DNA from: an uncultured delta proteobacterium
GTDB taxonomy: Bacteria > Myxococcota > Myxococcia > Myxococcales > Anaeromyxobacteraceae
Assembly: GCA_963766715.1 (NCBI GenBank)
Contig: CAVYBH010000001.1
Coordinates: forward strand, 160,001-224,000
Direction of reading: 5' to 3'
Length of the DNA: 64,000 nt
The notes beneath the pieces were generated by a model. It ran no database searches. It had not been told where the DNA came from and was given only the letters and a program-made list of their open reading frames with translations. Positions 12,592 to 21,352 of this stretch are shown one piece after another; position 1 is the stretch's first letter; each line of letters starts with the position of its first letter. A program made the position numbers and the translations under genes.

Positions 12592-13649
12592 GGCTTCCGC
12601 GAGCTGCCGCTGCCCCCGTTCCACGACCCGTCCCACGCCGGGAGCTGGTCCTACCAGCCCGACGCCCAGGCGCTCCTCGACCTCGCCCCCTCCTGGCGCG
12701 ACGAGCACGGCATCGCGCTGGCGGGATCGGACCCGCTCGACCTCCAGCTCGTCCTGGTCGACGAGCAGCGCGACTTCTGCCTGCCCCAGGGGTCGCTCTA
12801 CGTGGGCGGCCGCAGCGGCAACGGCGCGGTGGAGGACACCGGCAGGCTCGCATCCTTCATCTACCGGAACCTGGGATCCATCACGCGGCTCACCGCCACC
12901 CTGGATTCGCACCTCGCCTACCAGATCTTCTTCCCGTCCTTCTGGGTGGACCGGGACGGTCGCCCGCTGCGCCCGCACCGGGTCGTCACCGCCGAGCAGG
13001 TCCGCCGGGGCGAGGCCCGGCCCAACCCGGCGGTCGCCGCCTGGGTCGCCGAACGGCGACCACGCCTGGCTGGACGCCGAGTGCCTCTGGTACTGCGAGG
13101 AGCTGGAGCGGGAGGGGAAGTACCAGCTCTACCTGTGGCCGCCCCACTGCCTGCTCGGCGGCGACGGCCACGCGCTGGTCGGGCGTGCTGCAGGAGGCCC
13201 GCCTCTTCCACTCCTTCGTGCGCGCCGCCGAGTCCTGGACCGAGTCGAAGGGCTCGAACCCGCTCACCGAGCACTACTCCGCCTTCGGCCCCGAGGTGAA
13301 CCGGCGGCACGACGGAAAGGCGCACGCGTCGAGGAACCCGAGGCTGGTGGAGGCGCTCCTCTCCTCCGACGCGCTGGTGGTGGCCGGACAGGCCTCGAGC
13401 CACTGCGTGAAGAGCACGGTGGAGGACCTGCTCCGGGAGATCCGGGCCCGCGACCCTCGCCTGGCCGGCAAGGTCTACCTCCTCGCGGACTGCATGTCGG
13501 CGGTGACCGTCCCGGACGGGGCGGGCGGATTCGTGGCCGACTTCACGCCCGAGGCCGACGCGGCGCTGGCCCGCTTCGCCGAGGCCGGCATGCACGTGGT
13601 CCGGAGCACCGACCCGCTCGCTTCCTGGCCCGGGTTGGGGGTGAAATAG
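12588..13649 (+). CDS. pncA: Nicotinamidase/isochorismatase-family cysteine hydrolase (several frameshifts)
   Basis: LVDEQRDFCLPQGSLYV, TLDSH, WPPHCL, KGSNPLTEHYS, AGQASSHCV; start overlaps the pncB stop. Confidence 0.75.
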   Translation: MRLPRAAAAPVPRPVPRRELVLPARRPGAPRPRPLLARRARHRAGGIGPARPPARPGRRAARLLPAPGVALRGRPQRQRRGGGHRQARILHLPEPGIHHAAHRHPGFAPRLPDLLPVLLGGPGRSPAAPAPGRHRRAGPPGRGPAQPGGRRLGRRTATTPGWTPSASGTARSWSGRGSTSSTCGRPTACSAATATRWSGVLQEARLFHSFVRAAESWTESKGSNPLTEHYSAFGPEVNRRHDGKAHASRNPRLVEALLSSDALVVAGQASSHCVKSTVEDLLREIRARDPRLAGKVYLLADCMSAVTVPDGAGGFVADFTPEADAALARFAEAGMHVVRSTDPLASWPGLGVK

Positions 13650-13691
13650 GGCTGCAGGCCCCGCCGTAAGGGGGGGAGGAGGAGAGACGCG

Positions 13692-14021
13692 ATGAACACC
13701 TGCCCGTACTGCCGCACCGAGAACGAGCCTGGCGCGGTCCGCTGCCGTCACTGCACGAGCTGGATGGCGCAGCCGCCCTTCCAGCGGGAGTGGTACCGCG
13801 CGCGGGAGGGGAAGATGATCGCCGGCGTGTGCCGCGGCCTCTCCGACCGGTTCGGCATCCCCATCGCCATCACGCGGCTGCTCTTCATCCTGTCCATCTT
13901 CGCCGGCGGCTGGGGGATCATCCTCTACGTCGCGCTCTGGATCGCGATGCCGCTGCCGCCGCTCGCCACCTTCGCCGCGCCGCCGGCGCACGCGCCGCTC
14001 GTCACCCCGCCGCCCGGCTAG
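13692..14021 (+). CDS. Zinc-ribbon plus PspC domain protein
   Basis: CPYC...CRHC then KMIAGVCRGLSDRFGI...ILYVALWIAMP. Confidence 0.85.
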   Translation: MNTCPYCRTENEPGAVRCRHCTSWMAQPPFQREWYRAREGKMIAGVCRGLSDRFGIPIAITRLLFILSIFAGGWGIILYVALWIAMPLPPLATFAAPPAHAPLVTPPPG

Positions 14022-14836
14022 GGCGCCGGAAGGACGATCCCGGTCCCGGAGAGGCGCAGCTCGTCCGTCTCCACGCGGCCGAGCAGGCGCAGCACCCCGT
14101 CGAGGAAGGTGATGGGGTGGGGCGGGCAGCCGGGAACCCAGAGGTCGACCGGGATCTCCGGCACGCCGGGCATCCCGTTCGACTGCACCGGGCTGTCGCG
14201 GAAGATCCCGCCGGAGCAGGCGCAGGCGCCCACCGCGATGACCAGCCGCGGCGCCGGCGTCGCCTCCCAGGTCTTCAGCAGCGCCTCGCGCATGTTCTCC
14301 GACACCGGGCCGGTCACCACCAGGCCGTCGGCGTGGCGCGGCGAGGCGACGAAGGCCACGCCGAAGCGGGACATGTCGAACTGGATGTTCCCGGAGGCGT
14401 TCAGCTCGGCTTCGCACCCGTTGCAGCCTGCCGCCGAGACCTGTCGCAGCCGCAGCGAGCGGCCGAAGAGGGCGCGGGCCTTCTCGTCGAGTGCGCGGGC
14501 GAGCAGCGGCGCCGCGCCGGTCACCCGGAGGTCGTCCCGCGTGCGGGCCGAGATCCGGTAGTCGCGGGTGAAGCCGACCGCGCCCGGGCTCGCCTCCGCG
14601 CAGAGCCCGCAGAAGGTGCAGCGCCCCAGGTCGATGGCGAGGCGCGGGGTTCCGGGATCGAGCACGGCGCCGGTGGGGCAGACGTCGGCGGCGGCGCGCC
14701 CGCCGTCGCCCGCGGCCGGGTCGAGCACGGGGAGCCCGCGGAAGCGCTCGGGGAAGCGGGCCGGCCCCTCGGGGTAGGCCACGGTCTGCCGGCCGAAGCC
14801 GGCGCGGAACTGGAGGATGCCGGGAAGTCCGTCCAT
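14018..14836 (-). CDS. ehrS: Ehr/hydrogenase-4-like small subunit (ferredoxin-like domain fused to NuoB-like domain)
   Basis: CTFCGLC; GCNGCEAE, ASPRHADGLVVTGP, VGACACSGG, PGCPPHP. Confidence 0.85.
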   Translation of the reverse strand: MDGLPGILQFRAGFGRQTVAYPEGPARFPERFRGLPVLDPAAGDGGRAAADVCPTGAVLDPGTPRLAIDLGRCTFCGLCAEASPGAVGFTRDYRISARTRDDLRVTGAAPLLARALDEKARALFGRSLRLRQVSAAGCNGCEAELNASGNIQFDMSRFGVAFVASPRHADGLVVTGPVSENMREALLKTWEATPAPRLVIAVGACACSGGIFRDSPVQSNGMPGVPEIPVDLWVPGCPPHPITFLDGVLRLLGRVETDELRLSGTGIVLPAP

Positions 14837-16353
14837 CAGAGGTCGTGCCCGCAGTAGGAGAGGTTGAAGCTCTTGTTGCAGAGCGGGAAGTCGGAGATCT
14901 GCTCGCCGCGCAGCGCCATGGCGAGCCCCATCCAGTTGTGGAAGGAGGGGTCCACCAGCTTGTAGCGGGTGAAGCGTCCGTCCCCGCCGGTGGAGATCGT
15001 ATGGCAGAGCTCGCCGCGCCACCCCTCGGTGAGGGAGACCACGAACCGCCCGGGAGCCGGTGGGGGGCAGGCCGCGCGGACCGCACCGGAGGGAAGCGAG
15101 CGGAGCTGGCGCACCACGAACTCGGCGCTGCGCTCCGCCTCCAGCCGCCGCACCCAGGCCCGGGCGAACACGTCGCCGGTCTCGCCGGTGACGGTGGGCA
15201 CGTGGAGGAAGCGGAAGACCCCGGTGGCGTGGTCGCGCCGCACGTCGCGCGAGACGCCGCAGGCGCGCGCGGCCGGCCCGACGAGGCCGAGGGAGGTGCA
15301 GGTCTCCCGGCTGACCACGCCGGTGCCGTCGAGGCGGTTGCGCACCGAGGCCGACTCGAAGAAGAGGCGGGCGGCCTCCTCCACCTGCTCCCAGGCCTTC
15401 TCCATCTTGTCGGCGAGCCGCCCGGCGGCGCCGGGGTCGAGGTCGAAGCGCACCCCGCCCGGCACGATCAGGCCGCGGCCGAAGCGGTTGCCGCAGATCT
15501 CGGCCAGCGCGTTCAGGAACTCGGCCCGCAGCGCCCCGCAGTACGAGGCGGTGGGGAGGAAGCCCACGTCGCCGGCCAGCATCCCCAGGTCGCCGACGTG
15601 GTTGGCGATCCGCTCCAGCTCGAGCGCCACGCCGCGGAGCACCGACGCGCGCGCCGGGATCTGGAAGCCCGCCAGCGCCTCGACGGCGTTGGCGTGCGCG
15701 ATGGCGTTGCCCACCGAGGTGTCGCCCGCCACCGACTCGAGGAGGCCGACGGTGCGCCGGTCGGGTCCGCCCACGAGCATGGGCTCGACCCCGCGGTGCT
15801 GGTAGCCGAGGACGATCTCGAGCGTGAAGACGTGCTCGCCGTGGCACTGGAATCTGAAGTGGCCGGGCTCGATGACGCCCGCGTGGACCGGTCCCACCGC
15901 CACCTCGTGCACCTCGTCCCCCTCCACCCGGAAGAACGGGTAGTCGCCGGGGATGGTGCTGGGGTGGGCGATGCGCCCCCAGGGGTCGACGCCGGGGACG
16001 AGCGGAGGCTCGAAGCGCAGCGGCTTCAGCCAGGGGTGACCCTCCGGGCGCACGCCGAACTGCTCGAAGATCTCCCGCTCGAAGGCCTGGAGCGACGGGC
16101 ACTCGGCGGAGAGCGACGGCCAGGCGGCGCCCACCCGCGTGGAGAGGAGCCCCATCCGCCCCACGGCGTCGTCGGTGAGCACGGCGGTGACGAGGGTCCG
16201 GTCGCCGTCGGCGCGGCCGAAGTAGCTGGAGACGCGACCGCCTGCGGTCACGACGTCGGAGACGATCTGCTGGAACTCGTCCACCGGGAGGACGGGGATC
16301 GCGGCGGCGTCGACCGCCTCGGCGTTCCAGGCCTGGAGCACGCGGTTCGCCAT
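14836..16353 (-). CDS. ehrL: Ehr/HyfG-like large subunit (NuoC+NuoD-like) lacking NiFe-binding CxxC motifs
   Basis: FEREIFE...GHP, GPVHAGVIEPGHFRF, GYQHRGVE, ELERIANH, EGWRGE, DPSFHNW, C-terminus DFPLCNKSFNLSYCGHDL. Confidence 0.9.
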   Translation of the reverse strand: MANRVLQAWNAEAVDAAAIPVLPVDEFQQIVSDVVTAGGRVSSYFGRADGDRTLVTAVLTDDAVGRMGLLSTRVGAAWPSLSAECPSLQAFEREIFEQFGVRPEGHPWLKPLRFEPPLVPGVDPWGRIAHPSTIPGDYPFFRVEGDEVHEVAVGPVHAGVIEPGHFRFQCHGEHVFTLEIVLGYQHRGVEPMLVGGPDRRTVGLLESVAGDTSVGNAIAHANAVEALAGFQIPARASVLRGVALELERIANHVGDLGMLAGDVGFLPTASYCGALRAEFLNALAEICGNRFGRGLIVPGGVRFDLDPGAAGRLADKMEKAWEQVEEAARLFFESASVRNRLDGTGVVSRETCTSLGLVGPAARACGVSRDVRRDHATGVFRFLHVPTVTGETGDVFARAWVRRLEAERSAEFVVRQLRSLPSGAVRAACPPPAPGRFVVSLTEGWRGELCHTISTGGDGRFTRYKLVDPSFHNWMGLAMALRGEQISDFPLCNKSFNLSYCGHDL

Positions 16354-16355
16354 GA

Positions 16356-17786
16356 TCAGGTCCCCGTCACGAGGTGGGCGGCGGCGGCGAAGAGCCCCTG
16401 GAGCGCCCGGGGGAGCCAGAGCCCGAGCGCGAGCACCGTGAGCAGGAGCACGAGCGGCGGCCCGGCCATGAGCCAGCTGTCCTTGAACCCGGGGCGCTCC
16501 GGCGCCCCCTTGTCGTCGCCCTGCACGACGTGGAGGACGGTGGCGCCCATGCCGATGAAGATGACGGCCAGGAAGAGCAGGAAGAGCCCGCCCACCACCC
16601 AGCGCCCGGTGCCGAGCGCGCCGTTCAGGATGATGAACTCGCTCCAGAACGGGCTGAAGGGGGGCGTGCCGGTGACGGCCAGGAAGCCGCCCAGGAAGAG
16701 CGGGCCGGAGATGGGCAGGCGGCGGATGGCGCCGCGCACCTCGTCGATGCGCTTCGACCCGTACGCCCGGTGGATGTTGCCGGCGGCCAGGAAGAGCACG
16801 CCCTTCGAGAGGCCGTTGTTCACCACGTGGTAGAAGGCGCCGCCCACGGCCGCGCCGCCCAGGCCGAGCGCCACGGCCAGGATGCCCATGTGCTCCACGC
16901 TCGAGTAGGCGAGCATGCGCTTGAAGTCCCGCTGCCCGGCCATGAAGACCGCGGCGAGCGCCATGGAGAGGAGCCCGAGGGCGAGCAGCGCGTCGGAGGC
17001 GAAGGCCGCCTCGCCGGCCGCGCGCGTCACCTGGAAGACCCGCACCACGGAGAGGAAGGCGAAGTTGGTGATCCCGCCGGCGAGCAGCGCCCCCAGCAGG
17101 CCGGGCGCCTCGCCGTAGGCGTCGGGCTTCCAGGAGTGGAGCGGGGCGAGCCCCATCTTCGTGCCGTAGCCCACGAGCAGGAAGACGAAGGCGGCGCGGA
17201 CCCAGGGCTTGGAGAGCTGGGGCCCGGCGCGGATCAGGTCGTCGAGCAGGAGCGACTTCGGGCCGTCGGGGCCGGCCCCGGAGAGCGCCAGGAAGAAGGT
17301 GCCGAGCAGCGCCAGCGCGATGCCCAGCGACGAGACGAGCAGGTACTTCCAGGCCGCCTCGAGCGAGCGCGCGTTGTGGTTGAAGTAGATGAGCGGCGCG
17401 GTGGCCAGCGTGGTCAGCTCGATCGCCACCCAGAGCACGCCGAGGTGCTGGGCCACGCCCACCGTGGTCATGGCCGAGAGCAGGATGAGCAGGCCGCCCA
17501 CGAAGACCCGGTTGTCCCGGTCGTCGCGGCGGCGCAGGTAGCCTTGCGCGTAGACGGCGCTGGCCAGGAAGAGGACGCTCGAGGTGGTGAGCACGACCTT
17601 GCCGGCCGCGTCGAGGAAGAGGTAGCCGGAGAGCACCGGGGCCTCGGGCGTGACCCAGAGGCTCACCACGCCGGCCAGGTGGACGACCGCGCCGGCCAGC
17701 AGGAGGCGCGGGCGCGACCGGTTGTCCGGCCAGGCGAAGGCGCTCGCGCCGAGGACCAGGGGAAACAGGATGATGAGGACGATCAT
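16356..17786 (-). CDS. hyfF: HyfF/EhrD-like antiporter-type membrane subunit
   Basis: WVAIELTT, EAAWKY, GYGTKMGLAPLHSWKPDAY, KRMLAYSSVEHMG. Confidence 0.88.
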   Translation of the reverse strand: MIVLIILFPLVLGASAFAWPDNRSRPRLLLAGAVVHLAGVVSLWVTPEAPVLSGYLFLDAAGKVVLTTSSVLFLASAVYAQGYLRRRDDRDNRVFVGGLLILLSAMTTVGVAQHLGVLWVAIELTTLATAPLIYFNHNARSLEAAWKYLLVSSLGIALALLGTFFLALSGAGPDGPKSLLLDDLIRAGPQLSKPWVRAAFVFLLVGYGTKMGLAPLHSWKPDAYGEAPGLLGALLAGGITNFAFLSVVRVFQVTRAAGEAAFASDALLALGLLSMALAAVFMAGQRDFKRMLAYSSVEHMGILAVALGLGGAAVGGAFYHVVNNGLSKGVLFLAAGNIHRAYGSKRIDEVRGAIRRLPISGPLFLGGFLAVTGTPPFSPFWSEFIILNGALGTGRWVVGGLFLLFLAVIFIGMGATVLHVVQGDDKGAPERPGFKDSWLMAGPPLVLLLTVLALGLWLPRALQGLFAAAAHLVTGT

Positions 17787-17791
17787 CCCGG

Positions 17792-18445
17792 TCAGTCCTT
17801 GAGCGACGACAGCGCGTCGGTGTCGAGGGAGGCGAACTCCCGGTTGATCTGGAACATCACGATTCCCATCACGAAGACGGCGGCGAGGAGGTCGAGGAGC
17901 ACGCCGGCCTCGACCATCACCGGCATGAAGTCGGTGAGGAGCAGGCCGAAGACGAAGACCCCGTTCTCGAGGACCAGGAAGCCCAGCACCTGGGTCACGG
18001 CCTTTCGCCGGCTCACCACGAGGAGCAGGCCCGTCCACACCGTGGCCAGCGCGGTGGGGACGAGGAAGGGGTGCATCTCCGGCGTGGGGAGCGGCAGGCC
18101 GCGCGAGAAGGCGAAGGCGAGCACCACCCCGGCGCCGCCCAGGATCATGGAGGGCACGTAGCCGACGAGCGGCTCCATCTCGCGGCGGATGGCCATCTCG
18201 CGGATGGCGCGGAACATCAGCCACGGGATGAGGATGGCCTTGATGGCGAGCGCGCCGCCGGCCACGAGCAGCACGTGGCCGAGGGTGTGCCCGGACGAGG
18301 CGAGCAAGAGCGCGAGCAGGGAGAGCAGCGCGCCCTGCAGCGCCACGGCGCGGATGGCCGCCCCGAGCCGGCTCGAGGCCAGCACGAAGAGGTCGAGGAC
18401 CACCACCAGGATGAACGCCATGTCGGTCCAGGAGCGCACGTTCAC
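17792..18445 (-). CDS. hyfE: HyfE/EhrC-like membrane subunit
   Basis: KAILIPWLM, RRKAVTQVLGFLVLENG; GTG start overlaps the upstream stop. Confidence 0.85.
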   Translation of the reverse strand: MNVRSWTDMAFILVVVLDLFVLASSRLGAAIRAVALQGALLSLLALLLASSGHTLGHVLLVAGGALAIKAILIPWLMFRAIREMAIRREMEPLVGYVPSMILGGAGVVLAFAFSRGLPLPTPEMHPFLVPTALATVWTGLLLVVSRRKAVTQVLGFLVLENGVFVFGLLLTDFMPVMVEAGVLLDLLAAVFVMGIVMFQINREFASLDTDALSSLKD

Positions 18446-19354
18446 CTCAGGAGGAGGACCAGGGCGAAGACCGAGAGCACCGACGCGCCCACCAGCATCT
18501 GCGGGACGCGCGTGAGGCGGAGGCGGGCCATGGCCGACTCGACCACCCCCACCAGCACCGCGAACCCGAGCATCCCGGCCACGAAGGCCGCCTCGGCCGC
18601 CCAGAGCCCCTGCACGCGGAGGTCGAGGACGAGCCGGACGAAGAGGGCGCCGAAGAGGAAGAGCTTGATCGACGCGCCGTAGAGGATGAACGCCAGGTCC
18701 GGGCCGGAGTGGTCGAGCACCATCACCTCGTGGATCATCGTCAGCTCGAGGTGGGTGTTGGGATCGTCCACCGGGATGCGCGAGTTCTCGGCCAGCGCCA
18801 CGACGAACAGGGCGATGGCGGAGAGCAGGAGCGCCGGCGCCGCGCCGCCCCAGGCGGGGGCGAGCCCGGGGCCGAGCATGCCGGAGAGGGACAGGGAGCC
18901 GGTGGCGCGCGCCAGCACCACCAGGCAGAGGAAGAGCGCCGGCTCGGCCATGCTGGCGAAGGAGACCTCGCGGGCGGCGCCCATGCCCTCGAAGGACGAG
19001 CCGGTGTCGAGGGCGGCCATGGCGGTGGCGAAGCGCGCCAGCGCCAGCAGGTAGGCGAAGAGCACGAAGTCGCCGGCGAAGGAGAAGATGGCCGGCTGGC
19101 CGGCCACCGGGAGCACGGTGCCGGCGGTGAGGACCGCGGCGAGCCCGATCGACCGGCCCGGCCCGGAAGACCCAGGTGGTGGTGCGGCTGTACACGGCCC
19201 TCTTCTGCAGGAGCTTCAGGAGGTCGGAGTAGGCCTGGAGGAGCGGCGGCCCGCGCCGGCCGGCCAGCACCGACTTGACCCGGTTCACCACGCCGAGGAG
19301 GAGCGGCGGCAGGAGCAGGAGGAACCCGAGCTGGAAGAGGGCGCGCAGGATCAT
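18442..19354 (-). CDS. hyfC: HyfC/EhrB (NuoH-like) membrane subunit; frameshift near 19150
   Basis: GRRGPPLLQAYSDLLKL, GSSFEGMGAARE, ENSRIPVDDPNTHLELTMIHEVM. Confidence 0.88.
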
Positions 19355-19355
19355 G

Positions 19356-21352
19356 TCACCACCAGAGAAGGCGCCAGGCGAGGAGGAACACCAGCGTGGC
19401 GAGGACGAGCAGCGCGTAGAAGTGGATCTTGCCGGCGAGCAGCGCGCGCACCCGCGAGGCCGCCAGGCCGTAGCTCCGGACCCAGGGGAGGATGGTGAGG
19501 TCGAGCACGGCCTCGCGCGGCTCGGTGGAGAAGCGGGCCGAGGTGGGGAACGGCCCCCGGGGCGGCTGGAACCGCACGCGGGGCAGGAGCACCCAGCGGA
19601 ATCCGTGGTTCAGGATCTGGGCGAAGGAGCTGCCCGTGTAGGCCATCCGCGCGGTGGGGTAGGCGTAGCCGCAGCCCCACGTGTCGGCCCGGGGCGCCGC
19701 CTCGACCCGGAGGCGGCGGCGCACGAGGAGGAGCAGCCCGGCGAGCGCCACCAGCACGAGCGCGACCCCGCTCACGCCCGCGGCCGAGGCGCCGACGGTC
19801 GCGGCGGGACCGGCGAGCGCGGAGAGCGGCAGCCCCGACCAGGCCGCCGCGCCTCGCGCCAGCGCCGGGAGGAGCAGGACCGGGAGGGCGCCCACCACGA
19901 CGCAGGCGACGGCGAGCACGCCCATCGGCACCAGCATGGCGCGGGGCGACTCGTGGGCGCCCATCGCCTCGGCGGTGCGCGGCGGGCCGAGGAACACCGT
20001 CCCCTGCACCTTCACGAAGCAGGCGGCCGCCAGCGCGCCCACCAGCCCGAGCGCGGGCGCCGCCACCACCGCGAAGGAGGCCCGGTCCCCGGCCGGCAGC
20101 TCGAGGGCGCGCACCGAGCCCACGACCACCAGCCACTCGGAGACGAAGCCGTTGAGCGGCGGGAGCCCGCTGATGGCCGCCGCGCCCACCAGGAAGAGGC
20201 CGGCCGTCCAGGGCATGGCGCGGCCGAGCCCGCCCAGCCGCTCGATGTCGCGGGTGCCGGTGGCGTGCTGCACCGAGCCCGCCCCGAGGAAGAGGAGCGA
20301 CTTGAAGAGCGCGTGGTTCACCACGTGGAGCGCCGCCCCGCCGAAGCCGAGGAGCACGAGCGCCGGCTCGGCCCGGGCCCGGCCGACGAGCGCCACGCCC
20401 GCACCCATGGTGATGATGCCGATGTTCTCGACCGAGTGGTAGGCGAGCAGCCGCTTCAGGTCGTGCTGGGCGAGCGCGAAGGCCACGCCGAGCACGCCGG
20501 ACGCCACGCCCAGCGCGAGGAGCGCCAGGCCCCAGGAGGCGGGCGGGGGGTCGAAGAAGCCGGTGGACCGGAGGATCCCGTAGACGCCGGTCTTGAGGAG
20601 CACGCCGGACATGAGCGCCGAGACGTGGCTGGGGGCGGCGGCGTGGGCGCCGGGGAGCCAGAAGTGGAGCGGCACGAGGCCGGCCTTCAGGCCGAACCCC
20701 ACGAGCGCCAGCACCCAGAGCCAGGCGGCCGCCGGCCCGGTGGAGCGCAGGTGCTGCCAGCCCGCGAAGTCGAAGGTCCCCCGGGCGCTGCCCACGATCG
20801 AGAAGAAGGCGAAGATCGCGAAGGTGCCGACGTGGGCGGCCACCAGGTAGACCCAGGCGGCCTTCTGCGCGTCCTTCCGCTCGGGGTCGGCCAGGATGAG
20901 GAAGAAGCCGCAGATCGCCATGACCTCCCAGGCGAAGAGGAAGAGCATGGCGTTGTCGGAGAGCAGCACGAGCGCCATCGTGGCGGTGACGAGGCCGTAC
21001 CAGAGCTGGAGCCGCACCGCGCGCGCCCCGAGGCGCGCCTGCGGCCAGTAGGCGAGCCCGTAGATCGATCCCGAGCGCCGGCACGAGGAGCACCGGCACG
21101 AGGAAGAGGGCGGAGAGCGCGTCGAGCCGCAGCGCGAGCGAGGCGTGGGGCTGGTGCCACTCGAACCGGGCCACGAAGGGGGCGCCGCCGGCCAGCACGG
21201 ACGACGGCGGCGGCGATGCCGAGCGCGGCGGCGAGGCAGAGCGCGCCCGCCGAGAGCCGCTGCCCGAGCACCGGCCGCCGCCAGAGCAGGAGCCCGGGGA
21301 GGCCGCTCCCGGCGGCCAGGGCGACGGCCGAGATGGCGAGCGCGCCCGTCAC
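19356..21352 (-). CDS. hyfB: HyfB/EhrA-like antiporter subunit, copy 2 (frameshifts near 21195 and 21065)
   Basis: FLFAWEVM, GFGLKAGLVPLHFWLPGAHAAAPSHVSALMS, KRLLAYHSVENIG, TWGCGY. Confidence 0.85.
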
